A stretch of DNA of 62,649 bases, filler included, from Basidiobolus ranarum (Eukaryota): assembly GCA_040143965.1 (NCBI GenBank). It is 17 parts of 17 records of this genome, joined end to end, with 100 filler letters (N's around TTAATTAATTAA, not from the genome) between each part and the next. Parts side by side here need not be neighbours in the genome. Positions count along the whole stretch, not along the records: positions 33,279 to 36,870 come from JASJQH010002398.1; positions 36,971 to 40,561 come from JASJQH010002399.1; positions 40,662 to 44,250 come from JASJQH010002400.1; positions 44,351 to 47,936 come from JASJQH010002401.1; positions 48,037 to 51,618 come from JASJQH010002402.1; 12 more parts are not named here. One strand, 5' to 3'. Under the pieces are notes generated by a model, which did no database searches, was not told where the DNA came from, and saw only the letters and a program-made list of their open reading frames with translations. Below, piece after piece: positions 35,901 through 51,718 of the stretch (the first letter of the stretch is position 1; each line of letters opens with the position of its first letter). Both the position numbers and the translations under genes were made by a program.

Positions 35901-38059
35901 TTATGATGGATTAAAATCCAATGTACAAATATTCGATCTATTTCAATATATACAACTATGGAAGGATTTGATGACCATTCCATTCTATAGAATAGATTCG
36001 TAATGAGCCCATGTAACCGTTGCATGAACAAAACAGTCACAGCATGCCACTCTCTATTGAACTAATTTGGAAATCACTGTCGTCAAGTCGCTTGATCCAT
36101 GATAAACTATATAGCAATAAATCAACACGCAACAGAGCTGAGAAGAATATGCTTATTGAAGAAACTCACTCTGAAATGAGCAAAATGAGCAAAGTTTCTA
36201 ATCCATCCTTGGATGAGCGTTGTAACCAGTCACGTGGAAAGCCTTCACACACTCACAATACATTCATCGTGGGCTCTTTGAGAAGAAATACCTCATTTAT
36301 AGATTCTCCGGCGGAATTGAACTTTCACAGTGTAAGTGATTATCTGGCTTCCCGTCGGTTTTTTCAGCGAAATATATCCATTTCACACCGACTCTACCAT
36401 TCTACGAGCATATTTGGTGGGAATTATGAAGTTCACAAGACTCGGCTCGAAGGATCAACTTGATATCTGATTTACACTCTAAACAATTGATCTCACCAGC
36501 GTTGTTGGAGATGTGACACGGATATTCATCTTGATACACCAAATACATTGGTTGACAAAACATTAACACATGAAAGTTACTTCAAGTGCGTACATAATTA
36601 AAATGGAAATTTCTCATTACAATTACTCCATTCTAAAATTGGATGCTTGACTGTTGTACATACTAGCCTGGGAATAGTCAAGTTATAACAGGTTGCATAT
36701 TAAGGGGTGTAAATGATGTTACCGATGGGACATTATTGCTAGTAGATGCAAGAATATCGAGTCCCTTACAACTTGACTCACTCTCTCCGGTTCCTTGCTT
36801 TCAGTGATATACGACTTTTTGTACAGTCATGCCAATCAATATGGACAGAATCTACAGAAAAGAAGGAATCNNNNNNNNNNNNNNNNNNNNNNNNNNNNNN
36901 NNNNNNNNNNNNNNTTAATTAATTAANNNNNNNNNNNNNNNNNNNNNNNNNNNNNNNNNNNNNNNNNNNNTCTATTTCTCGAAAGCATTTGCCATCACGC
37001 ATCATACGAGCCTTTCCCTAAAAACAACCCAATCAGTTTGGGTAATAGAGAGAAATATACCTTGGTAGAAAAGTTACCTCTTCAAAATGGTCAAGCTGAA
37101 CCCAGCCTGAGTAACCGTATTTTTTTGCAAGATCAGGCCACTGTTTTGGGAGAATGTGGGTATGCATGTCTACCCTAAGGTGACGTTTTTTTTCTTCAGT
37201 TTGTTGCATTATACGAAGTTTTTGAGTAGAAATAAATTAAAGGAAAAAGTTCAAGGTGTAAGAGGTTGATTGAGGTTTATATATCCGTGGATAAACTCAA
37301 CATATGGGTGAGTGACCATCAATTAAATACTAATACAATTCCATTGTGACAGTCACACTGTAAATATAATTTAAGCAGTTCCACCTATCGAGTCGATTTG
37401 CGCTTCAGGTGGGAACGTTGCTTTTGCAAGTCGATACTCTACTACCCACTAAACCATCCACTGGAATGGTTCTTGGCATTAACTGGGTGTATGAATACGA
37501 GATTGTTATACGTAATAGAGCTGTGCTGTGAAATAAAAAGTATTGTGCATACACTGTGTGAATGTTGTGTAGATACTGTGGGAGAGTGATGTAACTAGTC
37601 AATTAAGCTGCAAGACAACTTCCTTATATATATTTGTTTCGCAAATATAAGGTTGACTATTCAGATAAGTGATTAAGATCGATTAATCTTTCTGATCGAC
37701 GTCCCTTGGTTACATGGGGTAAATTGGTATTCAGGTAATGCAGGTTGGGTACATTGGGCATATGAACGCTCTATGGCCATCCATACTTTATTCCATTGGT
37801 TGCATTACATTGCCAGCCTTGTATGGCTACAGCTATTAATGTAAACTCTGGGAAATGACGACTATGCATTGCTCTACAAGTCATAAAGCGTTGATTTATC
37901 ATCTTGATTGCACATTGATTGTAACTCGATGAACCAACATTTCTAGACATTTAGCTTGTGATTATTTTTTCTTAATGTTTATTCTGTTCCATACACTTCC
38001 TATAGTTTCCAATAATCTCTATTTTAACGAGGTATACCTCCTCCAGAAAAATTACTAAA

Positions 38060-39624
<1,565 letters not shown>

Positions 39625-40302
39625 ATGGCGTCAAGTATCACTGCATTCACGGTTGAGAGGGGCTTGTGTTATTGATTTCACGCTAATTGAGTTTCTATAT
39701 GAATATATATAACTGCTTGATAAGTAAATCTATCTGCCGTAGAATATCTCCGGAACAAACTTTAGCAATCAAGTTCGTATCTAATCAATTTTAGCGTAGA
39801 TAATATTCCATGTGATAAACGAGTAAAAGTAAGCAACCGTCACTGTTGTTTGTTAACAGATCGAATCAGAGTACATCCAGTGCATCTAGATCATTCTTTA
39901 TCCCAATTGAGATCTCCGAAGGCTTACTTTCTCAGTTACCAAGATGGATGTTATCTATCGTAACTGATACTGGGATCTCTTCCAATTGAGGCATTGGGAT
40001 ACGGGATAAGGAATTTCACATAAGAACATCTCGAATAGCCTATCACTGGTAGTTCAATTTGAAAATGCAACTAGCTACATTTGAACCATTCTTTTTAAGC
40101 CATATGAAAATATCTCCAAAATAGGCAGTGAATATATTCTACAATGTGTATTTGACCAGTATTCTGCAATTGTTTAGCCTGCATCAATTGTCGAATCACG
40201 GGGTGGGATAAGAGCTGCGTGTATAAATACGGCTTCTCTGATCCGGCACACACTCATTTAAAACAAACCACTCTTGTCCTCATCTCCATTTGCACCCTCG
40301 TC

Positions 40303-40536
40303 ATGGGCTTAATAGAAAAGATCCAAAACTCGTACCTCTTCACTCACTGGAAAGTCCGGAAGTATACCAAGAGACGGAACGGATGCTACGAACTTGATCA
40401 TAGAGACGCTAAATATTACAAACGAAACTACTCTGACGGTGTCTATCAAAACGAAGACCTTAGCTCGTTTGGTTCTGTCCCACCACGTCAAAATTTTCAA
40501 ATGATTCGCTCGAGCGAGGCTTACAATGATATATGA
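40303..40536 (+). CDS. Small hypothetical protein (77 aa)
   Basis: MGLIEKIQNSYLFTHWKVRKYTKRR..RDAKYYKRNYSDGVY; TATAAATA ~80 nt upstream. Resembles from memory a small uncharacterised fungal family (KYTKRR / Y.DGVY); unverified. Confidence 0.6.
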   Translation: MGLIEKIQNSYLFTHWKVRKYTKRRNGCYELDHRDAKYYKRNYSDGVYQNEDLSSFGSVPPRQNFQMIRSSEAYNDI

Positions 40537-40661
40537 GCAGTGGCTCAACACACACCATCCANNNNNNNNNNNNNNNNNNNNNNNNNNNNNNNNNNNNNNN
40601 NNNNNTTAATTAATTAANNNNNNNNNNNNNNNNNNNNNNNNNNNNNNNNNNNNNNNNNNNN

Positions 40662-41250
40662 GGGCTTCTAGCACAAGTTTGAAAGATCTATATATCTGAG
40701 AACTTCTAAGTTGGTAAAAATATTCTAAGTAAATTCCAATTGAGAATAATTGATAATATCTTAGTGAATTATGATATAACTAAGTAAAAAGCTATATATG
40801 ACTATATAGGTGTTTAGGCAATGCTAATTTTGACAGTAAGTACATCCAGTCTGCATTATTTTGCTGAAAATTTGATATCATTAATTCTTCATCCAAAAGC
40901 CTAAAACCAATATATTCAATTGTTAATGGCTCTAATTCTGATTCTGAGACAATTATGAGTTTCCCAAACATGTCTGGCAGGCTCCCAAGTAGTATCACAA
41001 CTATGTCATCTTCATTTTGAGGTGCTCCAATGGATGAGAGTTGATCTGCCATAACTTTGATTCTATTTACATGATGAGCCTTTGAGTTACCAGAATTGAG
41101 ATAAATTGAGAATAATTTTTTTCTAAGCTATAGCCTATTAGCTAGACTTTTAGTCTCATATTGCCCCTTAAGTGCTTTCCGAGCATTTTTGATGTTTTTG
41201 TCTGAGTTTATGCGTCTCACTTAAGAGTCTCTGAGAAGATATAGTGGCAA
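40662..41250 (-). mobile_element. Copia gag remnant (~40840-41250) abutting a partial LTR A (40662-40835)
   Basis: MADQLSSIGAP..EDDIVVILLGSLP..LT.EYI..RLLDEE is a typical copia gag motif. Confidence 0.8.
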
Positions 41251-42116
41251 CAGCAATAGGCTTGGTATTCTCTATGTCTCACTTCATCTTACACTACTGA
41301 ACTAAGATATGTCAATATCCACCACATGGACTATCCAAATCAGACTGACGGCTTTAGTCATGAGTGATCATTAGATAGGCTGGCGCTTCAACGAGCAAAC
41401 CCTATTAGGCAGCATTGAAGGCATTTCATCAGAAGAGGTATCGTCCACAATGCTACTCTATTTAGGAGCATTCACAAATCCTGTGTAACAGTGATTTAAA
41501 TAGTGAATTCATCTAAAAAAGATCTAACAACTCTCTTTAGCTGTATTGGTTGGACATGATGCAATCAGTGAGTGGAATAGCCATGCTTTACGTCCCCATG
41601 ACATCACCACCAACCAATAAAATAACAATGAAACTTGATGATTACTGGTTTGGCAATCATCCCATGCGGAATTTCCTCGCCTGCAATATCTTTTTAATGG
41701 ATGGCTCAACACAATCCAAGGCTTGCTCGAACAATGCCGCTAAATATGGAATTGTCACAGGGGTCAGGCTCCACACGGGAAAACTCTGAACGGTATATGA
41801 CCAGATATGTCAGTTCTATACATCTAACTAGATTATCGGACCACACTCTCCAGTAGACGTACGTACATCATGGAGTACAAATGAAACGATAACTTACAGT
41901 AAACTTGACGAGAATCAAAAGCTCGATAATCAGCTACATTACAATATAGCAGTCGACATATCCGAGTCAGTATAAAACCCACCTGTAGATGGCTCGTAAT
42001 TATTGCCGTAAAAACGCTATTCTCCTCCTCAACATTTCTTCGGTTTTGGATTGTTTCCCCTTCTGTTGGTTTCCTCTTAAAACCTATTCTCATAATTCAC
42101 ACTAGGAACACACTCA

Positions 42117-43196
42117 ATGAATTTTATAAACCAATATTCTCAACTCGAACTTTATGACAGCCCAGATATATATCACCCTATTTCCACTGACCCGAGTTGG
42201 ATTCAACAGTTAGACAGCAATGGCCTCACCTCTATTGACAATGCTGATATTTACAATTCTCTTCCCATTGAAAAGTCTGTCTCGCCAGAGAGCATTTTAC
42301 TAGGCTACTGGGCACTCCCCAATATATCAAGTCAGGACGCCTTTGATTCTCCTAACGTTACGGACACATGTATGGTGAATGAATATCTAAAGAGTTTTCC
42401 GGACGATATAGAGCCTCAATTGAATACCTCTTGTCACAAAATCGAACCTGTTTCGACAGGCACTTCTCAACAAATCCAATTGAAACGTTTAGATACACCA
42501 ATGAGCAAGAAAAAGGCTAGTAAAGCATTCAACCGTAGGAAGGAGAATTATGTTCCTTATCCAATAAGTAATTGTGCCCAGTTTCACCACTCCCACCAAA
42601 ACTACCATCCAATGGAGAATTCGTTGAGTGATAAATCGTTGGATCGCCATTATGGTTCAGCAAGACCTAAAGCAGATATGCGTGGACTAGTGTGCTGGAA
42701 TTGTCAAGCAACTTCAACTCCACTCTGGAGACGTACATCCGATCGACTACACCCACTCTGCAACGCATGCGGCCTATATTATAAGCACTACAATGTCCAT
42801 CGACCCTTGCATTTTCATCAAAGATCTGGTAAATCCTGCCGTAACGAAAACCCAGTAGTGGACCCCTCACGCAGAAATATTAGCGATAAATCAAACCAAA
42901 TACCCAGTAGCAGAAAGCATTGTTTGCACAACAAATCTCACCATCAAACTGGAGCTGGTGATACTTTGTCCAAACAACACTGTCACACCAATGCTGCCCA
43001 AAATGATGCGGAACCACGACGACAAAAATGCTGTCTAAAACTCCAAGGAATGAGTAAAGATGTTTTCGCATTATTGGATCTTGATGATGACAGGTTTCAG
43101 GAGACTGTTAGTCGATTTACTTCTCAACAGTTAGACCAGTGGCACGCAATTTTCGTCCGTCGAGCAATGACCTTGAAATATCTAGCTAGTGGATGA
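42117..43196 (+). CDS. GATA zinc-finger transcription factor (single C-X2-C-X18-C-X2-C finger)
   Basis: 359-aa open frame containing [33 protein letters not shown]. Confidence 0.92.
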   Translation: MNFINQYSQLELYDSPDIYHPISTDPSWIQQLDSNGLTSIDNADIYNSLPIEKSVSPESILLGYWALPNISSQDAFDSPNVTDTCMVNEYLKSFPDDIEPQLNTSCHKIEPVSTGTSQQIQLKRLDTPMSKKKASKAFNRRKENYVPYPISNCAQFHHSHQNYHPMENSLSDKSLDRHYGSARPKADMRGLVCWNCQATSTPLWRRTSDRLHPLCNACGLYYKHYNVHRPLHFHQRSGKSCRNENPVVDPSRRNISDKSNQIPSSRKHCLHNKSHHQTGAGDTLSKQHCHTNAAQNDAEPRRQKCCLKLQGMSKDVFALLDLDDDRFQETVSRFTSQQLDQWHAIFVRRAMTLKYLASG

Positions 43197-44350
43197 AAGT
43201 GGTTTGAAGTTCAGTTCAGCATGGAGCTCGTAATTCTGCCTACATGGACATTGTTAGTATATATGAAGATATCTCCCGTCAGAACCTTCACTTTTGCTGT
43301 TGATCGCAGGAGCATTCAAGCCTATTTGATTCTGGAATCTTGTACAATATTATAAACCCAAATACATTTTAAATATTAGCATATGTGGCCCATCATCGAT
43401 TGGGCTTCAAATTTCATTGCATAATGTTGTACATTCACTTGATATAAAGTTTAAAAAAATCCTTACATCTAATTCATTAGTCGAATCGTGATCGCCACAC
43501 AAGAAAACAGTGTATTACATATCTAGTTGCCGAAATACGCGTAAAGAAAGCTCCGACAGGATGAACCAAAGCACATTGAAAAACGTACCTGCCGATGTTA
43601 ATCACATGATCTATACAGAGCTGTGTGACACATTATCAACGAAAATAATAAACTGACTTACCTATGCAAGGCTATATAGCATAGCGGACTTGGGTTAGAA
43701 TTGTTTGGCAAATATTTGATCAACAATAGGAATGCAGGTTTTAAAAATTGAATGCCAACTCTAATCGGTACCATATAGGCTTTCCATAGGGCATCAGCCC
43801 TCAGTGAGGTAGTAGTAAAGCGGAGATTTATTCCATGGGTCTCAATGATTGTAGCGCTCAATCAGATCGGTAAAAAGGAATATCTCCGTTATCGAAGTTA
43901 ATTTATTTTCTGCATATTCTCGTTGGTCATGAATTATCTGAACGTTTCAGTGCAGGATCTCTTAGACATAGGACTCCCTCTCAAGAGAATTCAGGTGGGT
44001 TTTTATCTCAATCCTCTTAACCCTCCCGTCACTGATTTGGATATCTTGTTCTTTGCCGTAAATCGCGCACACGAACAAGAAGCCTTCAAAACCTTTAACC
44101 TAACATTTCATGAACCCTAACCCGTTCTATTTTAACTACCCCATTTAGTTGTATTCTGTGGAAATACATCGACGAAGATGTTCTCTCTTTGCTTCTTAGT
44201 CCTGGTGATATGTTGTCGATTGGCTTGTTCAGTTCCCATCAAAATGACACNNNNNNNNNNNNNNNNNNNNNNNNNNNNNNNNNNNNNNNNNNNNTTAATT
44301 AATTAANNNNNNNNNNNNNNNNNNNNNNNNNNNNNNNNNNNNNNNNNNNN

Positions 44351-44640
44351 CTGAATCAACATTCTTCCAGCTATCTGGCGGATACCCTGCGATATTGTGC
44401 CACTCTGTATTAAGTTCTTCCCAGATATCTGCACGGTCAACACCAGACTGAATGTCAAGTTTAATGTTCTTCTTCTGAAGCCACTTTCTGCATACTTGCA
44501 CTGCATGTTTCCCCTCATACTTTTGAAAATATTCCTCAAGCACTTTGACTATTTTTGTACATCCTTGTAGTATGACACTACTGAGGGTGCTTTGTGGTAT
44601 TTGTGCAGCTTTTTACTTGCCTTTAAGTTTGGGGCTAATT
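44351..44640 (-). mobile_element. EnSpm ORF2 fragment
   Basis: Closely similar to 11108-11400, retaining more CpG. Confidence 0.85.
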
Positions 44641-46881
44641 TCAACACATACCAACTCCCCATCTTTAGAGATGGATGATACAGCACAACCACAGTGCCGT
44701 TTAGATAATCAAAATTCTCATTCGTTTGATGCTAACACTAATCCCGTGCAAGACTCGATAAGACCAAATGTGCACTATGCACCTAGTAACCATGGTGTCA
44801 AGGCAACTGGAAATCCTTAATACGCTTCTCCTAAGGCTTACTACGGCCCCACAAACTCAACTTTGTGGTTTTAATGTACTAATGAGCAACAGGCGTTTGC
44901 TTTCCATTTACCTCCTCACATCATTTCATAGAATGATTTGTATTGTAATACTTTTGTCTAAGGACGCTTAGTCTCCAATAGCTGTGAATATGTAGTCAAG
45001 TACTTCTGGTTGCTTGTTTAGTGTATAATGGTCGCTTGCACCAGGGACATGGAGTTCACTTTAATAAATATGTATATGAACGGAATTGTTTGTGCCTTGT
45101 GTAATCATTGATCTACCATGTCCAGGGTGCTTCTCTGGCCTATCATACCGGGGTAGATTTATTGTTTGAGAGTTACAGTTATGCAGTCTGGTCGGGTTAG
45201 TCATCATATCTCATAATTGCTAAGTTGGACCCTTAAGTAAAAACAATACCATGGGGTTTCAAGATTTTTGCTTGGAAATGTGTTGAATGTTTTTATCCTC
45301 AGAGCACATGCCTCTATATTGTGAGAAGTTGAGAAGACACCACTTTCATTGTTCGTCACAACAGGCATGATTTGAACAAGTAGTAGATACTCTCCTTGTA
45401 CCGAGAAACGGGGTTTTATTCGAATTGTAGTGCGTTTGAGTATTATAGTGCTAGCCACGATCTTCTCAGTTGACCGAACAGAGTATACCAGCCAGCTGAA
45501 ATAGACTCCCTTGCTTATTATCATTATTGTTACCATCAGATATATTTCACCCCGCTGGCTTTCAGCTAAACAATTCTTATCAATCGATATTGCTGAAAAA
45601 GAGTAGAATATCTAGGCATTCTGATTTAGCTATATTGTTTTGGTGAATGAGAGAAAGTAGCCATAATCTCAATCCAAGAAGGCCGCTAGTGTTGCGATCT
45701 TTAAAGTTTGACACAGAGGTTGCATTATTCACAAAGTTATTCTGGATAGCATCAATACCTAGAATAAGAGGATTATTAGTATTAGCAATTGCCTATCCAA
45801 AGGGGAAGGTTGAATATTAACTTGAAAGAAATACTGTATTATATATATGCCACTAAATATACCATTGAATTATGTTGGATACGATGTCCATACGAAATCT
45901 CCATCTATACTGTTGCCCAACAAAATACTCTCAACATCCATTTAAAGAAGTCATTGTATTGCTTTACTGCTTGGAAAGAGGTCACAGCTTATAAGAGATG
46001 GGGATTTATTGAAAACTGTTTTGTTAGCGCCAAGTTGGCAGCCAAAGCTCAGACAGGCAAAAACGATCCGTAGTGTCCTAGCATAAATGGATATGATTCT
46101 TATCAATTATCAATGCTATTCATTCAATTTGTTAGACTTGATACGATATACATAAAAGATACTTTGTTAATGCAGTAGCGAGATACACAATGAAGGAAGT
46201 GAATTTTCCCAAAATTTTCCAACAAAAAGTCAGTGAGCTCACACCTCATTAACTTCAAGTGTGCAATCCCTGGTAACAAAGTGGCTAACAATATGATGCT
46301 TGCAGGGATATTTATTTGAATCTAAATAGAAGCACAAATCTGCATTTGCTTAGCAAGTCTATAGAACTCTCATTTCTACAAAATCAGTACGCCTGTATAT
46401 TTTTTGATTGCTTAAAAAGGTCATCAATAAATACTGCCTAGTCATGCTAATTATGATTTTCTGCATAACTTGGCAGATTTAAAATTGACACTGCATTGTA
46501 AAAAGCATGTCTAAGCTAATTTCGATAGCAATGTGTTTCAATAGGCACTCATAGGCTTGTTTATGTCCATTTCGGATAACTAGGTGCTTTATGTGTTATT
46601 CAAGAGTTGAGATGTTCAATATGTTACTTGCGGCGTATGATGCTTTTTCATGTGAGAATTCTGATCAATCACCATCTGGTGGAGGACTATATTTATTTGT
46701 GTCACTGGCAAAAGTTGATTCTAAACAATTTTGATTTTGATTTTATTACCACAAATACTTCTCTGAACTCACCAATGTTTACTGTATTTACTTCTTGGTA
46801 CTGGAGACAGAGAGCATGTTACTTAGGCTTTTAAATCTAATTAGTATGGCTCTAATTTCCACATATGACAAAACACCTAAA

Positions 46882-47100
46882 TGTTGAAATTAACATAGCC
46901 TAAACACCTATATAGACATATATTGCTTAGTACTTAGTTATTCTATAATTCACTAAGATATCACTCACTATTCTCAAGAAGAATCTACTTATTTTTACCA
47001 ACTTAAAATTTTTTCTTGGATATAATTATTTTTCAAACTTGTCCTGGAAGCTCCAAAAATTGCACACATGTTCCTGGGACCTTCTTTAACACATCCTGCA
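46882..47100 (+). mobile_element. Partial copia LTR family A truncating ACR3
   Basis: TGTTGAAATTAACATAGCCTAAACACC start; matches the first ~220 bp of LTR A. Confidence 0.82.
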
Positions 47101-47865
47101 TATCCATAAACTCCCATCGCGACAGCAATGGACAACTCAAAATTATTGCCGCCAGCAGTAAAGAGTTTTCTAACTACAATATCGAACGGAAAATGAAGCG
47201 CCCATAGTAGCAGAAAAGTTGTGAAAACATAAGAATAAAGTACAGTAGTATAGGGACGGCAATACGACATACAGAACCAATATTCTCAATGATACTACGC
47301 TCTTGATTTGCAAACATCATAGTAATTGTATACAAGAGACCAATCAAGGCAAGTGGGCCGAAGCGTGGTAAAAATTTTCTGTTATACCATTCATCCCCCT
47401 TCATAAAGCAAAGGCCGTATCATGTGATAGCGCGAGCAACTAGTGGATTAACTTTTCGATGATTCTCTGCACCAAGCCATGCTGGAACGTTATCAATAAA
47501 TAATATACTCTAGGGAGAATAGAGAGCTATTTGAAGATTGAGTTGATTGCCACTAGAATTGCGCAATAATCTGGGTCGCCCCCAGCCAGTTGGCTTCAGA
47601 TCAGGACCATAGCAATGCAACTAGAGTGTATATTCTGTTGGTTATTACTGATCATGCAGAATATGTAATAAGGGCATATACCGAGCGAGTCCAATCATGA
47701 TAACGCTTGAACAATAGCCCGGATGGTTAGGTAATGTAGCCCAAGCCAATGCTGCCATGACAATGGGACCTATGATCCAGTCTAAAGTCGCTGAGATTCC
47801 CATTTGTGTCTAAATTTGGCGTTGCTTGAAAATTCTGGGCATCTGCTCTCATTGAACTTTACAAA
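47101..47865 (-). pseudogene. ACR3: ACR3 arsenite efflux transporter pseudogene
   Basis: WIIGPIVMAALAWATLP..IMIGLAR|CIAMVLI*SQLAGGDPDYCAILVAINS, FLPRFGPLALIGLLYTI, FTAGGNNFELSIAVA; stops, frameshifts and TE insertions at both ends. Confidence 0.9.
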
Positions 47866-47936
47866 GGACTTGTTCCCTGTGATAGTGCCAGATTGTGCTG
47901 TATATATCATATTGGATAAAGCATTCTAAAATTGAT
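47866..47936. mobile_element. MITE left end inserted in ACR3
   Basis: GGACTTGTTCCCTGTGATAGTGCCAGATTGTGCTG. Confidence 0.85.
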
Positions 47937-48036
47937 NNNNNNNNNNNNNNNNNNNNNNNNNNNNNNNNNNNNNNNNNNNNTTAATTAATTAANNNNNNNN
48001 NNNNNNNNNNNNNNNNNNNNNNNNNNNNNNNNNNNN

Positions 48037-48147
48037 ATAAAGCAAGATGTTCATTATTTCTTACCAGCAATGAATTTGTAATTAAGTATTGACCATATAG
48101 CCAGCAAGGAAATCCTGATGCCTTATCACATTACAGTGTGCACTAGG
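48037..48147 (+). repeat. Exact 111-bp direct repeat of the contig's other end (51508-51618)
   Basis: ATAAAGCAAGATG...GTGCACTAGG is identical at both termini. Confidence 0.95.
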
Positions 48148-48474
48148 GGTGTTATCTTAAATATTTAGTGACAAAGCTTAATCACACTATAAATCTCCAG
48201 CAAAGCTGAATTTTTCATACTGGAAGCTTAAAAATATTAGTAGGAGATATATTCTACACTCTATCTTTAAAGGGTAAAGACACACCATAGTGTGTCATTA
48301 GCTTGAAGACTTTCTGAGAAAAGAATATTTCTAATGATTGAACTTTCAAGAATATTTAGTACTGCAAGGGTAGATTAAACTCTGATGGTTTCTCTAACTT
48401 GAAGTCTAAAGAAAAAGGGATAGTTCTTTTAAAATTGGCAAAGACTTTGATTAGGAGGGAAGTGTATGCTATGA

Positions 48475-48840
48475 CTGTAATAGAAGGCCTGCTATTATTG
48501 TTACAAATTCTTTAGCTATGAAAGCTGCAGGCTTTATACAAAAAATAATCACAAACATGGTCACTATACAAAGCCACCAGCTGCACAAAGTCAGGTGAGT
48601 ATCAACTGTAATAAGTGCATAAAATCAACTTAAGTTTTGCCCACTGAGTCCACTGGCTGTGCTTTGCCTCAAAGTTTTGGTAACACTGCCAAAAGTCAAG
48701 ATACTGTGGAGTTACTAAAGTTATATGACCAGAATGATGTTGGTAGAAGTGTACCTTGGTCAAACCAATAGGTCCAGACAACTTTGAGGACTTGCTGCTA
48801 GATATTGACCTTAGCTATTCCAGCACTGATGGTAATATAT
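48475..48840 (+). mobile_element. EnSpm transposase 5' fragment
   Basis: Matches 12950-13310. Confidence 0.8.
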
Positions 48841-49099
48841 TTAAAGTTTGTGATTAACTAAGTATTGATGAAATAATATGTGGTCAAATATTCTTACTCT
48901 TCTTCTTGACCTGTAAAAATATTATGAGATAACAATAGTTAAAATTCTTTCTACTTATTATGTGCAAGATATTGTTGCAATATTGCCAACACTACAACAT
49001 AGAGTAGAGTATCACCCTAAAGAAAGTTTGAGGTCTTTGGTCAACAAAATACATCCCTTCTGAAGTCCCAGCAACCTCTAATCAGTTTAGCAACTATTT

Positions 49100-51618
49100 C
49101 ACTGCCTAGTTCAAGGAAAGTCCTTGAAGATGGCTACAAACTTCAATCAGAAGACCCATTGTTAATATCAATCAAGAAAGGCCAGGACACTCCCAAAGGT
49201 TTCTTAAGCTTGAAAATGTTACATTGTTTTTCCATCTTCAATAATCTCTTGTTTTATAAGAAACACCTTTGCATTCCAGACCACACTTCTAGACTCAAAT
49301 TCAGGCAGGAAAGTCATGACTCACCACTTGCAGAACATTTTGGTATTGCAAATCAAATATATCGGCATCCAAGGATTAATGGAGGCCCAAAATATTTGCT
49401 TATGTCAAAACTTATGTTTCAACCTGTCATATTTGGGCTCAAGCAAAGACTCCAAGAAATAAGCCCTTTGGCCTCCAATAGTTACTTCTAGTCCCTGACC
49501 TGCAGTGGAAATCCTTATCCCTGGATTTCATCACTGACCTACCCTTGCCTACAAAATGTGATTCAATTGTGACAATTGCTAACCATTTAACAAAGATGGC
49601 CCACTTTGTGCCCTGCAACTAGTCAATTAATGCAAAACAAACAGCAGAATTGGTAACTCAAAATATCATCCACCTACATGGACTCCCTGAAACTATCCTC
49701 TCTGGCCAAGAACCTCAGATTGCTACCAAATTTTGGAAAAGCCTTCTCCAGACCTTGGGAATGTCTGCCAATCTCTCCACTGCCTTCCATCCCACATCTG
49801 ATGGCCCAACATAAACAGTCAATCAAGTTTTGGAAGAATATTTGTGATGCACTATCAACTATAGTCAGAACAATTGGATACAACTCTTACCCCTTGCTGA
49901 GTGTGCTTACAACAACTCCTATTATACTTCAACAAGACACATACCTTTTTTTGCAAATTTTGAATTTCATCCTTGTTTTACAATTCATCCACCATCCAAT
50001 CTACCTTGCCCTGCTGCCTCAGACCATGCCACTTTCCTTAAGAACATCCATAAACAATAAATATCTAAGTCGGACCATGCTCAATCCCAATACAAGAACT
50101 TTGCTGATAAGAAAAGAAAGCCAAGCCCAGATCTCAAGCCAGGAGAGTATGCATGGCTACTCTAAAAAAATTTCAAACCAACTAGATCTTGTGATTAACT
50201 TGATCCTAAAAGACCAGAGCTTTTTGAGATTATTTAGTAAATACATTCAATAGCCTTCTGCCTTGAGCTACCAGCCCATTTCAAAGTTCACAATGTATTC
50301 CTTATGTCTCTCCTAGAGCCACATGCCAGAAACAGCTTCCAGGGCCAATACATAGACCCACCCCCAGCAATCCCAGTTGAAGAACACCCTGAATATGAAG
50401 TTAGCAAATTTTTAGATTCCAGCATTTGTTGCTGTAAATTGCAAAATTTAGTGGACTGGAAGAGATACTCAACAAATGGTCAATCATGGGAGCCAGCAAC
50501 AAATCTTTCCTATTCTATGGAACTTTGCCAGAGGTTTGATGAAGTCTGTGCAGAAAAAAATGGTCCTATGATGTCTGGAATCCATCACTAAAGCAGGGAA
50601 TACTGTCATGATTCTGATCTCAGCATACTCATCCACTGCAACTAGAACTCTTCTATCAACATATTTTGACATCATATGTGCTGTGCAATCCTTTTTTGGC
50701 AATCTTGTGTTAGTTCATCCAGCCTACTTTATAAGGAATTCAGGCTCTTTGGAACATTGCATGAAACCTACCCAAGCATGTCATCCCACACACAATGTAT
50801 TTCCACCAAACCTTCCATTGAAGGTCACCTGATCAATTTTACTTCATCCCTCTTTGTATTGGTCCTTGTAGTCCCCAACACTCTGACACTTGAACTTGAT
50901 ACAGTATATTTTCAATTTAGTATATTATGTTTCACCCTGCAATATCTACATAAGCTCCATATATTCCTTGATAAGATCTCAGTCTGATCAATGCCAGTTA
51001 GCAATAAAAATTCTTGCCAAAGTATCTCCCTTGTCCAGTCTTGTCTTGTCTGGTGGTCTACACCCAAGTACTCTCCTGCCTTCTAACCTCTTGTCAATGT
51101 TTTCAGTCCTTGTCTAGTTCCTTATTGTGAGATAAGCTCCCATCTGACTGCCATTTATCTTGGCAAGAAACATTTGTAACTTTAACAAATGCATTTACCT
51201 TAGCACCAATCCTGGCACACCCTAAGCTAGACAAACAATTCATTGCTGAAACTGAAGCATCTACTTTGCCTAGCAGCAGTACTATCACTGTATGGTGATT
51301 ACAACTTACTGCACCCTATTGCCTCTAACTCAAGAAAGTTCTATGCAGCAGAAATCAACTATGACATTTATGACAAGAAACTGTTTGCCATTATTGCTGC
51401 ATTTCAACAAAGGCAACCATACTTGGCTGGAGCTAATCACACTATTACAATCTATTGAGATCATAGCAGTCATGAGTACTTCAGTACAGCCAAAGTTCTC
51501 CACCACCATAAAGCAAGATGTTCATTATTTCTTACCAGCAATGAATTTGTAATTAAGTATTGACCATATAGCCAGCAAGGAAATCCTGATGCCTTATCAC
51601 ATTACAGTGTGCACTAGG
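49100..51618 (+). mobile_element. Degenerate chromodomain Ty3/gypsy: integrase, chromodomain, PPT, LTR (50604-~51131), RNase H fragment
   Basis: ESHDSPLAEHFG, WKSLSLDFITDLP, LTKMAHFVPC, STAFHPTSDG, VHNVF.MSLLEP, EYEVSKFLDS..LVDWKRY....SWEP; PPT AAAGCAGGGAATAC|TGTCATG; SRKF.AAEINYDIYDKKL.AII. Confidence 0.9.
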
Positions 51619-51718
51619 NNNNNNNNNNNNNNNNNNNNNNNNNNNNNNNNNNNNNNNNNNNNTTAATTAATTAANNNNNNNNNNNNNNNNNNNNNNNNNN
51701 NNNNNNNNNNNNNNNNNN

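Noticed and set aside
36020-36463. 147-aa ORF
   Set aside because: No motif or paralogue support; non-ATG start.
43900-44250. Kinase-like peptide LVMNYLNVSVQDLL and a possible signal peptide MFSLCFLVLVICCRLACS at the contig end
   Set aside because: Too short, with no supporting motifs.
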